DNA of 45,899 nucleotides from a virus (Duplodnaviria; Heunggongvirae; Uroviricota; Caudoviricetes): IMG/VR virus record IMGVR_UViG_2711768067_000020; one strand, 5' to 3'. Shown piece by piece: positions 9,354 to 18,039 of this stretch (position 1 is its first letter; each line of letters starts with the position of its first letter). The notes under the pieces were generated by a model. It saw only the letters and a program-made list of their open reading frames with translations, ran no database searches and was not told where the DNA came from. The position numbers and the translations under genes were made by a program.

Positions 9354-9728
9354 ATGCTCATAGATTTGGTTTTACCTTACCCGCCGACGGTGAACACTTA
9401 CTGGCGACGCCGTGGCAGCACATATTTTATCTCGGAGGAGGGAAAGCGTTATCGCCGGGCTGTGGCGCTTATTGTTCGCCAGCAGCGGCTGAAATTAAGC
9501 CTGTCCGGAAGGCTGGCGATAAAGGTGATTGCAGAGCCACCGGATAAGCGTCGTCGCGACCTGGACAATATCCTGAAAGCACCGCTGGATGCGCTGACGC
9601 ATGCGGGAGTGTTAATGGACGATGAGCAGTTTGATGAAATCAATATCGTTCGTGGTCAGCCAGTATCTGGTGGACGTCTGGGGGTGAAGATTTACCCCAT
9701 AATGCATGAAGAGCAGGTCAAAAAATGA
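9354..9728 (+). CDS. rusA: RusA Holliday-junction resolvase
   Basis: Aligns with RusA (YPPTVNTYWRRRG, DKRRRDLDNILKAPLDALTHAGVLMDDEQ); GAGGT SD 5 nt upstream of ATG. Confidence 0.85.
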   Translation: MLIDLVLPYPPTVNTYWRRRGSTYFISEEGKRYRRAVALIVRQQRLKLSLSGRLAIKVIAEPPDKRRRDLDNILKAPLDALTHAGVLMDDEQFDEINIVRGQPVSGGRLGVKIYPIMHEEQVKK

Positions 9729-10546
9729 AACTGGAAGATTTACCGAAATACTACTCCCCAAAATCCCCTTGCCTGACCGATGCATCGGCCTCAACGTCAA
9801 AAGATGCGCTGAGTATCACTGATGTGATGGCCGCGCAGGGCATGACACAGAATCGGGCTGAGATGGGGTTTTCTGCGTTCCTGGGGAAAATGGGCATCAG
9901 TATGAATGACAGGGCGCGGGCAACAGAATTACTGGCAGATTATGCACTCAGTCGGTGCGATCGTGTGGCGGCGTTGAGAAAACTTCCGGTAGAAATAAAA
10001 CCGTTAGTGATGCGCATTATGGCTTCGTACGCTTTTGAGGATTATGCCCGCAGCGCAGCGAGTAAAAAGCAGTGCCCTTGTTGCTATGGGGAAAAATTTA
10101 TTGAAAGCGTAGTTTTTACAAACAAGGTCCAGTATCCGGATGGTAAGCCGCCGGTATGGGCAAAGTGTACGAAAGGTGTGTATCCGTCTTACTGGGAAGA
10201 ATGGAAAAAAGTCAGGGAGGTGGTAAAAGTTGCCTGTCCGGAGTGTGGCGGAAAGGGTGAGGTTTCCACCGTCTGTAAGGATTGCCGTGGGCGTGGTGTC
10301 GCCATTCACCGTGAAGAGTCGGTAAAACGTGGTATGCCTGTTATCAGAGACTGCCAGCGTTGTGGTGGTCGTGGCTATGAAAGACTACCATCAACGGAGG
10401 CATTTAATGCTATATGCGAGGTGACAAACCAGATAACACGCGCGTCATGGGAAAAAACAGTTAAGAAATTCTATGATGCGCTGGTGACCCGGTTTGATAT
10501 TGAAGAAGCATGGGCTGAGCGGCAGTTAAAAAAGGTAACTAGGTAA
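9725..10546 (+). CDS. Late antiterminator Q (phage 21/82 type)
   Basis: 273 aa with four CxxC pairs (CPCCYG, CPECGG, CKDCRG, CQRCGG); ATG overlaps rusA stop; followed by promoter, terminator and tRNAs as at lambdoid pR'. Confidence 0.75.
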   Translation: MKLEDLPKYYSPKSPCLTDASASTSKDALSITDVMAAQGMTQNRAEMGFSAFLGKMGISMNDRARATELLADYALSRCDRVAALRKLPVEIKPLVMRIMASYAFEDYARSAASKKQCPCCYGEKFIESVVFTNKVQYPDGKPPVWAKCTKGVYPSYWEEWKKVREVVKVACPECGGKGEVSTVCKDCRGRGVAIHREESVKRGMPVIRDCQRCGGRGYERLPSTEAFNAICEVTNQITRASWEKTVKKFYDALVTRFDIEEAWAERQLKKVTR

Positions 10547-10550
10547 CAAG

Positions 10551-10579
10551 GTTGATTTTTCCGGAATCTGTGGTAAATT
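10551..10579 (+). promoter_or_regulatory. Candidate late promoter pR'
   Basis: TTGATT (-35), 17-nt spacer, TAAATT (-10), immediately after Q. Confidence 0.45.
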
Positions 10580-10627
10580 CGTCATAACGATGGGCTTTTT
10601 ATACCTGACGTTAGAAGAGTTTCTACA

Positions 10628-10650
10628 ACCCGCCACCGAGCGGGTTTTTT
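10628..10650 (+). terminator. Candidate tR' terminator (Q-antiterminated)
   Basis: CCCGCCACCGAGCGGG hairpin plus TTTTTTA. Confidence 0.5.
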
Positions 10651-10689
10651 ATTGCGGAATTAATTACGGACCGTTATTATTCTACTCCC

Positions 10690-10765
10690 GGTCCTTTAGC
10701 TCAGTGGTGAGAGCGAGCGACTCATAATCGCCAGGTCGCTGGTTCAAATCCAGCAAGGGCCACCA
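10690..10765 (+). tRNA. ileZ: tRNA with CAU anticodon (Ile2/Met type, ileZ-like)
   Basis: Cloverleaf folded by eye: acceptor GGTCCTT/AAGGGCC, D-arm GCTC-AGTGGTGA-GAGC, anticodon loop CTCATAA, T-arm GCTGG-TTCAAAT-CCAGC, 3' CCA; very close to E. coli tRNA-Ile2 as remembered. Confidence 0.8.
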
Positions 10766-10865
10766 TCACATACCGCCATTAGCTTATCAGGAAGAGCAGA
10801 CGACACCATAACAGGGTTGTTGGTGCGGGGGCGGGTCCCCGATGGCGGTCCATTATCGGTATTCT

Positions 10866-10942
10866 GCGTTGTTAGCTCAGCCGGACAGAGCAATTGCCTT
10901 CTAAGCAATCGGTCACTGGTTCGACTCCACTACAACGCGCCA
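10866..10942 (+). tRNA. tRNA-Arg (anticodon UCU)
   Basis: Acceptor GCGTTGT/ACAACGC, anticodon loop CTTCTAA, T-loop GGTTCGACTCC, 3' CCA encoded. Confidence 0.8.
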
Positions 10943-11111
10943 CACTTATTTTCCAGGCTCGCTTCGGCGGGCCTTTTTTGTATCTGCGCCACGCCCGGTG
11001 CATATCAACCACAGAGCCTTTCGGGGGTGAGCTTACGGAGTGGTCAGTGTGACTTTCTCTGTGGGCAGATCGCTCCCGGGCGTTGGCTCACCCACCCAAA
11101 GGAACGTCACG

Positions 11112-11544
11112 ATGTTTGGTATTTTTGGTAAAAAAAGCCCGCAGAGCGGCAACGGAAATTAAAAAGTTTGAAAAACGCGATCTGGCACAGGTGGTGATTA
11201 ACGCCGCATACCTGGTGGCCTGTGCAGATGGTGAATGTGAGGCTTCCTAGAAAGCGAAGATCGAACAGGTACTGCGTAATCAGCCTGCGCTGTCCGCGTT
11301 TACGTCAGAAATTAATGCGATTAGCGCAACCATTATCGGTCAGCTGGATACGAACTTTAAAATTGGTCGTCGTGCGGCGTTACGTGAGATCGAGGATGTG
11401 AAACACGATACGCGTGAAGCGGAAGATGTGCTGGATGTGGCGGTGGCCATTGCGGAGGCAGACGGCGAAATTGAGCCGGAAGAGCGCAAGGTGCTGGAAG
11501 AGATTGCCGGTGTTCTGGGTCTTCGTCTGGAGAATCACCTGTGA
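11112..11544 (+). pseudogene. TerB-like (tellurite-resistance TerB-family) gene interrupted by in-frame TAG, possibly also frameshifted
   Basis: Hand translation: MFGIFGKK.. then (shifted frame) ARRAATEIKKFEKRDLAQVVINAAYLVACADGECEAS-TAG-KAKIEQVLRNQPALSAFTSEINAISATIIGQLDTNFKIGRRAALREIEDVKHDTREAEDVLDVAVAIAEADGEIEPEERKVLEEIAGVLGLRLENHL; TAG at about 11248; no track ORF spans it. Confidence 0.55.
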
Positions 11545-11708
11545 CGGTAAAACTGCGCCTGACTGTGGCTGCACTCCTGCTGTTTCTGGTGGTGATGGTG
11601 GATTTCACCAGCAGAATCATGTCGGTGCTGGCGGATGGGGTGCTGGTCTGCGGCATTGTGGTATTGCTGTGGCCGGTGATAAAAAGAAACAGCCTGCATA
11701 ATGCTTGA
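11541..11708 (+). CDS. Small hydrophobic membrane protein (about 55 aa)
   Basis: GTG overlapping the TerB-like stop; two hydrophobic stretches LTVAALLLFLVVMV and VLVCGIVVLLWPV; below track cutoff; coordinates approximate. Confidence 0.35.
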   Translation: MTVKLRLTVAALLLFLVVMVDFTSRIMSVLADGVLVCGIVVLLWPVIKRNSLHNA

Positions 11709-12022
11709 TTTTTTTGTTTGCTGTTTATTAAAAACACTTCTGCATGGTGAATCCCCCTGTGCGGAGGGGCAATCAGCGAGTAGGTATATGGGATAATCGC
11801 GGATTCAGGTGCTGGTACTGAATTCACCGGGAGGCACCCGGCACCATGCTTTGCCACAAAAGTGTTATTTCTGTTTTTCTCAAACTATCATCGTTATCCC
11901 TTTATTTCCGGCTGCGCATGGCGCGGCCTTTTTTTTACGACCAGCCACTGGCAGATGGTCATCCTGTGATTTGATTCCGGTTCCGGCTTTTTAACTCTGT
12001 TCCTGTACACGGGAGAAATTCG

Positions 12023-13873
12023 ATGTCGATTAAACATTATGATGTTGTCAGGGCGGCGTCGCCGTCAGACCTTGCGGAAAAGCTGACACACAAACTGAAA
12101 GAGGGCTGGCAGCCGTTTGGTAGTCCGGTGGCCATAACCCCTTATACCCTGATGCAGGCGATTGCAGCAGAAGGTGATGTGGTGGTCAGTGGTGCAACTG
12201 AGCCGGATTGGTACTACGTCATCGTACTGGCCGGGCAGTCCAATGCAATGGCTTACGGGGAAGGGCTTCCGCTTCCGGATTCATACGATGCTCCGGATCC
12301 GCGCATTAAACAGCTGGCGCGCCGCAGTACAGTTACGCCGGGTGGGGCTGCCTGCAGATATAACGATATTATTCCGGCCGACCACTGCCTGCATGATGTG
12401 CAGGATATGAGTACGCTGAATCATCCGAAGGCAGACCTGAGCAAAGGGCAGTACGGCTGTGTCGGCCAGGGCTTACATATTGCCAAAAAACTGCTTCCGT
12501 ATATCCCGAATAACGCGGGGATCCTGCTGGTACCATGCTGTCGTGGTGGTTCTGCATTCACCCAGGGCGCTGAGGGGACATTCAGTGCGGACACGGGGGC
12601 CAGCCAGGATTCGGCACGCTGGGGTGTGGGTAAACCGTTATATCAGGACCTGATTGCGCGCACTAAAGCTGCATTACAGAAGAACCCGAAAAATGTGTTG
12701 CTGGCGGTGTGCTGGATGCAGGGAGAGTTTGACATGAGCGCCGCCACCCACGCACAGCAACCTGCGCTGTTTACAGCCATGCTGACACAGTTTCGTGCTG
12801 ACCTCTCCGTGTTTAACGCGCAGTGCCATGGTGGCAGTGCTGCAGATGTGCCGTGGATTTGTGGTGACACGACGTATTACTGGAAAAATACCTACGGCAC
12901 GCAGTACAACACCATTTACGGGGCGTACAAAAACAGGGAGAGTGAGGGCGTTTATTTTGTGCCCTTCATGACAGACGGTAACGGCGTCAATACCGCCACT
13001 AACGCGCCGGCAGAAGATCCGGATATTCCGGCATCAGGATATTACGGTGCGGCATCGAGAACGAATGGAAACCAGGTATCATCAAACCGCCCGACACATT
13101 TCAGTTCATGGGCGCGCAGGAGCATTATTCCGGATCGTCTGGCAACCGCTATTCTGAACGCAGCCGGGCGCACCTCAGCCTTCATCAGTGGTAAGGCACC
13201 GGAAATCAAACCCTCGCCCGGCGGCAACACGCCATCGGGTCCGTTTGCAGATACGTCCGTTCGCACAATCTCCCTGCTGCCGGCAGCCGGAGAGGCTGCT
13301 GCGCAGGGCTGGAGCATTAAGGATGGCGGAATTCAGTTGTCAGATGGTGTATTTAAGATCACCAAGCAGAGCAATAAAACCTGGTCCCTGACGCATCCGG
13401 TGGATGACGCAATTACCCTGCTGACACAGGGCGGCAGACTGACCTGTAAGTTCCGCCTGTCAGGCGCACTGACCAACAATCAGTTCGGGCTGGGGATTTA
13501 TCTGTATACGGATGCTCCCGTTCCTGATGGTGTGGCGATGACGGGTACCGGTAATCCGTTCCTGATGTCGTACTTCACTCAGACCACTGACGGCAGAGTG
13601 AATCTGATGCATCACAGGAAAGCCGGAAACACGAAGCTGGGGGAGTTCGGCGATTACGGTAACGACTGGCAGACGCTGGAGCTGGTGTTCACCGCCGGCA
13701 GTGCCACGGTTACTCCGAAACTGAATGGAGTGGCTGGCCCGGCATTCCAGGTTATAAAAGACGGTCTGACACTGGGACTGAATGCGCTGACGCTGACGGA
13801 TGTTACAAAAAATGCAGCGTATGGCGTTGAGATAGAAAGTCTGGTGCTGGAGATAAATGCACCGGCAGCATAA
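12023..13873 (+). CDS. nanS-p: NanS-p-type sialate O-acetylesterase (N-terminal DUF1737-like domain, SGNH-type esterase core, C-terminal binding domain)
   Basis: 616 aa; architecture and position (between Q/tRNAs and holin) match prophage NanS-p homologues. Confidence 0.7.
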   Translation: MSIKHYDVVRAASPSDLAEKLTHKLKEGWQPFGSPVAITPYTLMQAIAAEGDVVVSGATEPDWYYVIVLAGQSNAMAYGEGLPLPDSYDAPDPRIKQLARRSTVTPGGAACRYNDIIPADHCLHDVQDMSTLNHPKADLSKGQYGCVGQGLHIAKKLLPYIPNNAGILLVPCCRGGSAFTQGAEGTFSADTGASQDSARWGVGKPLYQDLIARTKAALQKNPKNVLLAVCWMQGEFDMSAATHAQQPALFTAMLTQFRADLSVFNAQCHGGSAADVPWICGDTTYYWKNTYGTQYNTIYGAYKNRESEGVYFVPFMTDGNGVNTATNAPAEDPDIPASGYYGAASRTNGNQVSSNRPTHFSSWARRSIIPDRLATAILNAAGRTSAFISGKAPEIKPSPGGNTPSGPFADTSVRTISLLPAAGEAAAQGWSIKDGGIQLSDGVFKITKQSNKTWSLTHPVDDAITLLTQGGRLTCKFRLSGALTNNQFGLGIYLYTDAPVPDGVAMTGTGNPFLMSYFTQTTDGRVNLMHHRKAGNTKLGEFGDYGNDWQTLELVFTAGSATVTPKLNGVAGPAFQVIKDGLTLGLNALTLTDVTKNAAYGVEIESLVLEINAPAA

Positions 13874-13879
13874 TAAAAA

Positions 13880-14170
13880 AAGAGCCAGCGACTGACCTGA
13901 AAGAAGACGCTGGCTAAAAGGCCTTATATGTTTGTAGAGACTTATTTTTCACAGACAGCAATGATGCCTGTCAATATATTATCAATATGCGGATTGTTTC
14001 AGTTACAGATGCTTTATTAAGGAAAAAAACAGCCAGCACTGACTTTCGGTGGAGAGGTGCTGGCTCAGAAGGATAGTTGGATTTCACATGATACTTATGC
14101 CTGGCGGTATATTTTCTGACAGACAGTGACGGGTGTTGTCAAGATATTGTGTCATTTATAACCTGAATCA
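13880..14170. repeat. Two imperfect tandem units (about 150 bp each) each containing a hairpin
   Basis: Unit 1 AGCCAGCG..CGCTGGCT then ACAGACAGCAATGATGCCTGTCAATATATT; unit 2 AGCCAGCAC..GTGCTGGCT then GACAGACAGTGACGGGTGTTGTCAAGATATT. Confidence 0.5.
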
Positions 14171-14320
14171 GGGGAGGCCGGAATGTTATCTGGCATTTTT
14201 AGCAGAGCCTGAATGCCATAATCACGGCTCCCGGCGTTGGCCGTCAGTGGGTGACACTGGCGGCTTTTTTGTTTTTCTTTACTTTCATTTTCTGTCGGCG
14301 GTGACGGAGACATACATCAG

Positions 14321-14527
14321 ATGGAAAAAATCACAACAGGTGTGTCATACACCACGTCAGCGGTGGGGACGGGATACTGGTTACTGCAGCTGCTGGACAA
14401 AGTCTCTCCGTCCCAGTGGGTGGCAATCGGTGTGCTGGGGAGTCTGCTGTTTGGCCTGCTGACGTATCTGACTAACCTTTATTTCAAGATTAAAGAAGAT
14501 AAGCGTAAGGTGGCGCGGGGAGAGTAG
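14321..14527 (+). CDS. S: Class II holin / pinholin (phage 21 S-type)
   Basis: 68 aa [68 protein letters not shown], close to S21 as remembered. Confidence 0.85.
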   Translation: MEKITTGVSYTTSAVGTGYWLLQLLDKVSPSQWVAIGVLGSLLFGLLTYLTNLYFKIKEDKRKVARGE

Positions 14528-14782
14528 TCGATGAATAAACAATACGAACTGGTTGTAAAATGAATATTTCTAACTGAAAAAACGTTCCATGAGGTAAGAA
14601 AAGGTCACAGGCAATCAATAACAGGACGTGATGAAAGACCCTTGCATTTGTGCGCTTTCTCTTTAGATAGCAGCAGATACTGAAAATCTGAGTTGTCGGG
14701 GAGTCAGGGATACAGCTGTGCAAGAGTTGGTCATTGTGATTCCATTGAAATCCTGTATGCCATGAAGGGCAGGATTTTATGG

Positions 14783-15097
14783 CTACCTGAGCTTTGGTGA
14801 TAGTAAGTTGAAAATTCGCATTTTTTGCTGACATGCGTAACGAGAATCCCATAAGCAGGGAGGACTTAATTCTTCATTAACCCATGCGTTGATATTATGT
14901 TTCAGCCGTTGAAGCATCAGCGGTGTTAATGTTGTGGTAATAATATCCAGCGTTTTATGTGAGATCTTACCGTAAGGGTCTGCAAGAATGCTGCTTGTTG
15001 CTTCGTTATTATCTGCCATCAGAAGAAGTAACTCTGATTTAACGTTTTCTGTCATTAGTTGTAAAAATCTTCTGCGCAAACTTTCTTTACTGTTCAT
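14783..15097 (-). CDS. Hypothetical protein on opposite strand inside the lysis cassette
   Basis: 104-aa ORF in a roughly 690-bp AT-rich spacer between holin and endolysin, which are normally adjacent; no recognisable motif. Confidence 0.45.
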   Translation of the reverse strand: MNSKESLRRRFLQLMTENVKSELLLLMADNNEATSSILADPYGKISHKTLDIITTTLTPLMLQRLKHNINAWVNEELSPPCLWDSRYACQQKMRIFNLLSPKLR

Positions 15098-15214
15098 TTA
15101 TATGGCTTCATTTGTTGTAATCTGCTGCGTCTCAAGGGATATGTTTATGAGAGCGACCATGAGTGTTGGATTATATACCTAACATATCAAGGGATTAGAA
15201 ATCGATAAATCCCC

Positions 15215-15748
15215 ATGAACGAAAAAATAAAATACGGCCTGTCGGCTGCCGTTCTGGCGCTGATTGGTGCAGGTGCTTCTGCGCCTGAAATCCTCGACCA
15301 GTTTCTGGATGAAAAGGAAGGTAACCACACCACGGCATACCGTGATGGTGCGGGGATCTGGACCATCTGCCGTGGTGCCATTCTGGTGGATGGTAAGCCT
15401 GTTATTCCTGGCATGAAGCTGTCAAAGGAAAAATGCGACCGGGTTAATGCCATCGAACGTGACAAGGCTCTGGCATGGGTGGAGAAAAACATCCGGGTGC
15501 CGCTGACCGAACCCCAGAAAGCGGGGATCGCGTCATTCTGTCCGTACAACATTGGCCCCGGTAAGTGCTTCCCGTCGACGTTTTATAAACGAATTAATGC
15601 AGGCGATCGAAAAGGTGCCTGTGAGGCGATTCGCTGGTGGATTAAGGACGGTGGCAGAGACTGCCGTATCCGTTCAAATAATTGCTACGGTCAGGTCTCA
15701 CGGCGTGACCAGGAGAGCGCGCTGGCGTGCTGGGACATCGACAGATAG
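15215..15748 (+). CDS. R: SAR endolysin (phage lysozyme, R21-like)
   Basis: 177 aa; N-terminal weakly hydrophobic SAR segment GLSAAVLALIGAGASAP; T4-lysozyme-like core (AYRDGAGIWTICRG); follows the pinholin. Confidence 0.85.
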   Translation: MNEKIKYGLSAAVLALIGAGASAPEILDQFLDEKEGNHTTAYRDGAGIWTICRGAILVDGKPVIPGMKLSKEKCDRVNAIERDKALAWVEKNIRVPLTEPQKAGIASFCPYNIGPGKCFPSTFYKRINAGDRKGACEAIRWWIKDGGRDCRIRSNNCYGQVSRRDQESALACWDIDR

Positions 15749-15839
15749 CAGAATATTTTCCTGAAAAATGACGTTGGCCAACGCGGGTGGATAACACGAA
15801 ATCCTGAAAACTGGTAAAACCTAAGTGAATAAAAGTAAA

Positions 15840-15878
15840 AACCCCGTTTGTTGGCAGCAAGCGGGGTTTTGTGTTTTC
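15840..15878 (+). terminator. Hairpin with T-run after the endolysin gene
   Basis: AACCCCG..CGGGGTT stem then TTTGTGTTTT. Confidence 0.4.
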
Positions 15879-15929
15879 TGACCTTGAGTAAGGCAAGGGA
15901 GAAATTATGGGTAGGGAGGTACTTTCCCT

Positions 15930-16082
15930 ATGAGGAAGTATAAAAGATTCTTTCTGAGGTTGTCCATTATGAAAGGCATTGAAGTGGAGACGCCAGCCAG
16001 TCTGGATTTAACAAGAGCGGCAGCTTTTGCCATTCGTATTGTGGCCATTGCTGTTCTGGTCTGGGCAATCCGTTGGTGGTGA
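15930..16082 (+). CDS. Possible small membrane protein (50 aa) just upstream of Rz
   Basis: MRKYKRFFLRLSIMKGIEVETPASLDLTRAAAFAIRIVAIAVLVWAIRWW; stop is 1 nt before Rz ATG; read by eye. Confidence 0.3.
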   Translation: MRKYKRFFLRLSIMKGIEVETPASLDLTRAAAFAIRIVAIAVLVWAIRWW

Positions 16083-16083
16083 T

Positions 16084-16551
16084 ATGAACCGTGTTCTGTG
16101 CGTGGTTATCATTGTCCTGCTGGTGGCCTGTGGTGCGCTTAGTCTGGGGCTGAATCATTACCGTGATCACGCCATCATCTACAAAGAGCAGCGCGATAAA
16201 AAAGCCAGTGAGCTGGAGCTGGCGAACGCGACAATTACTGATATGCAGATACGCCAGCGTGATGTCGCTGCACTTGATGCCAGATACTCGAGGGAATTAG
16301 CCGATGCGAGAGCTGAAAATGAAACTCTGCGTGCTGATGTTGCCGCTGGTCGTAAGCGCCTGCGGATCAACGCCACCTGCTCCGGTACCGTGCGTGAAGC
16401 CACCGGCACCTCCGGCGTGGATAATGCAACCGGCCCCCGACTGGCAGACACCGCTGAACGGGATTATTTCATCCTCAGAGAACGGCTGATGGCAATGCAG
16501 AAGCAACTGGAAGGAGCACAGGAATATATCCGTACCCAGTGTATACCGTGA
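16084..16551 (+). CDS. Rz: Rz (i-spanin)
   Basis: Internal ATG of track ORF 16027..16551; N-terminal TM helix MNRVLCVVIIVLLVACGAL then coiled-coil periplasmic domain. Confidence 0.85.
   Translation: MNRVLCVVIIVLLVACGALSLGLNHYRDHAIIYKEQRDKKASELELANATITDMQIRQRDVAALDARYSRELADARAENETLRADVAAGRKRLRINATCSGTVREATGTSGVDNATGPRLADTAERDYFILRERLMAMQKQLEGAQEYIRTQCIP
16319..16489 (+). CDS. Rz1: Rz1 (o-spanin lipoprotein), embedded in Rz in the +1 frame
   Basis: MKLCVLMLPLVVSAC lipobox, proline-rich mature part; entirely inside Rz. Confidence 0.8.
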   Translation: MKLCVLMLPLVVSACGSTPPAPVPCVKPPAPPAWIMQPAPDWQTPLNGIISSSENG

Positions 16552-17016
16552 TGTTTTGTTATGAAGGTGTTACTGGTAACGTTAAGGTAATTTAACAAAG
16601 AGTCAGTTCCGGACTTTATAGTGTGCTCAGTTCATGGCCAAAAACGATTTCTGTGATAAATATTTTGAATATTATTTACAGGTAAATGGAGTGGGGCACA
16701 TGGATAGAAATATTACAATAGAGAATGAAGTATATGCCCGTATTGTATGGGCAGAGAAGGCAAAAACACGGTAATTCCGTGTGTTGCCATGATACCTGAT
16801 TGGCAGAATAGTTGTTTGGTTTTGAGTATATAGTCAGCGTTTTTTGTTCAGTAATTGCTCCCTCAAAAAATAATAAAATAAGGTGATTATTTTTGTTTAT
16901 TATTTAGTTTTTTTTGTGTGTTGTTTTATTGTTTTTGCGTGGTTTGTTTTTTATTGTTATTTCATTAAGGGAAGGTAAATTCAGGATGGCAGTCTGTAGA
17001 TAATCGGAGGTCACTT

Positions 17017-17331
17017 ATGCTACATGATCACGTGGCAGAATGTCTGGAGAAAAAAGGACTGTACCGGAGAGCAGCTGAACGATGGGCAAAAGTGATGGTA
17101 CAGCTAAGTGATGACCAGAAAAGAAAAGTGGCGGCACAGAAACGAGCAGAGTGTTTGCGTAAGGCGCGCCGGACTCCGGTTTCACCGGTGAACCTGACCG
17201 AAATAAAACAAGCGGTCAACAGACTACATTCTGAGTTGGGAATGGGATTTGAAGAGCGGCGGGTATTCCGACGATATAAAGGGACAGGAGAACAGAATAC
17301 GTCCGGAAACGCGCGGTCAAAAAAATGCTAA
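17017..17331 (+). CDS. pch: PerC/Pch-family transcriptional regulator homologue
   Basis: 104 aa with KGLYRRAAERWAKVMV and RAECLRKARR motifs characteristic of PerC/Pch proteins as remembered. Confidence 0.65.
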   Translation: MLHDHVAECLEKKGLYRRAAERWAKVMVQLSDDQKRKVAAQKRAECLRKARRTPVSPVNLTEIKQAVNRLHSELGMGFEERRVFRRYKGTGEQNTSGNARSKKC

Positions 17332-17412
17332 AAAATATCTGAGAGAGTTATTGCCTGTTACCATAAGAAAAAGCGACTTTAGTGGTCGCTTTTTGTGTCA
17401 TATATAAGTCGT

Positions 17413-17637
17413 TTAAGTAAACCTGTCTGAACAGGTGCTCTGGTCGTGTTTGTCTTTGTTGGGTACAAATTGAGAATATTTTTCATTAATTAATCTTCTT
17501 CTGCAGGCTTCAATAACCCACGCTGAAAAATTACCTGAACCTTTCAGGTCAAGAGCGATGTTAATTTGTTCAATTATCTGGTTTGGAAATCGGATGTTGC
17601 GGGTTGTTGTTCTGCGGGTTCTGTTCTTTGATGACAT
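17413..17637 (-). CDS. Small putative DNA-binding protein (ribbon-helix-helix-like)
   Basis: 74 aa; RFPNQIIEQINIALDLKGSGNFSAWVIEACRRRL resembles RHH/Arc-type folds. Confidence 0.4.
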   Translation of the reverse strand: MSSKNRTRRTTTRNIRFPNQIIEQINIALDLKGSGNFSAWVIEACRRRLINEKYSQFVPNKDKHDQSTCSDRFT

Positions 17638-17779
17638 AATGTTGCCCCGTATTCAGTGTTGCTGATTTGTATTATCTGAAGTTGCTTTTACGCTAATTTG
17701 ATGCAGATCAATTAATACGATACCTGCGTAATAATTGATTATTTCTCGTGGTTTGATGGCGTACACACATGTCGTGATA

Positions 17780-18035
17780 AACCTCATGTAGATGATAATT
17801 ATTATCATTTTCGTGGGTCCTTTCCGGCGATCCGACAGGTTACGGGGCGGCGACCTCGCGGGTTTTCGCTATTTATGAAAATTTTCCGGGATCCATGTCC
17901 GGTTTCTCTTCAAGTTAACTATATGAAAAATATAAAAACAGGTCTTCTGTGAACCGGACATGAACAAAAAACAGACATGTAAACCGGACATGACCGGTTT
18001 TGTTGTGATTGTGAGGTGAGAGTTTTTGCGAGGTG
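17780..18035 (+). other. cos: cos region: cosN cohesive-end site at about 17845-17856 plus downstream repeats
   Basis: ACGGGGCGGCGACCTCGCGGGTTTTCGCTATTTATGAAAATTTTCCGG is identical to the lambda left end as remembered; three ACCGGACATG-type repeats follow before the small terminase gene. Confidence 0.85.
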
Positions 18036-18039
18036 AGGA

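Noticed and set aside
10766-10865. Possible third tRNA between the two tRNAs
   Set aside because: No acceptor stem, T-loop (GTTCNANNC) or CCA context found in the roughly 100-nt spacer
10947-12022. Shiga toxin genes at the Q/tRNA to nanS-p slot
   Set aside because: No ORF of stxA or stxB size or character in any frame; the slot holds the TerB-like pseudogene and a small membrane ORF
14490-14852. 120-aa - strand ORF overlapping the holin 3' end
   Set aside because: Overlaps the holin and the better-supported 104-aa ORF in another frame; the C-terminal half is low-complexity. It could be an extension of the 104-aa gene if a frameshift exists, but I cannot support that
16650-16760. About 25-aa ORF (MDRNITIENEVYARIVWAEKAKTR) after Rz
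   Set aside because: Too short and unsupported; lambda's bor would be expected here, but this has no lipoprotein signal
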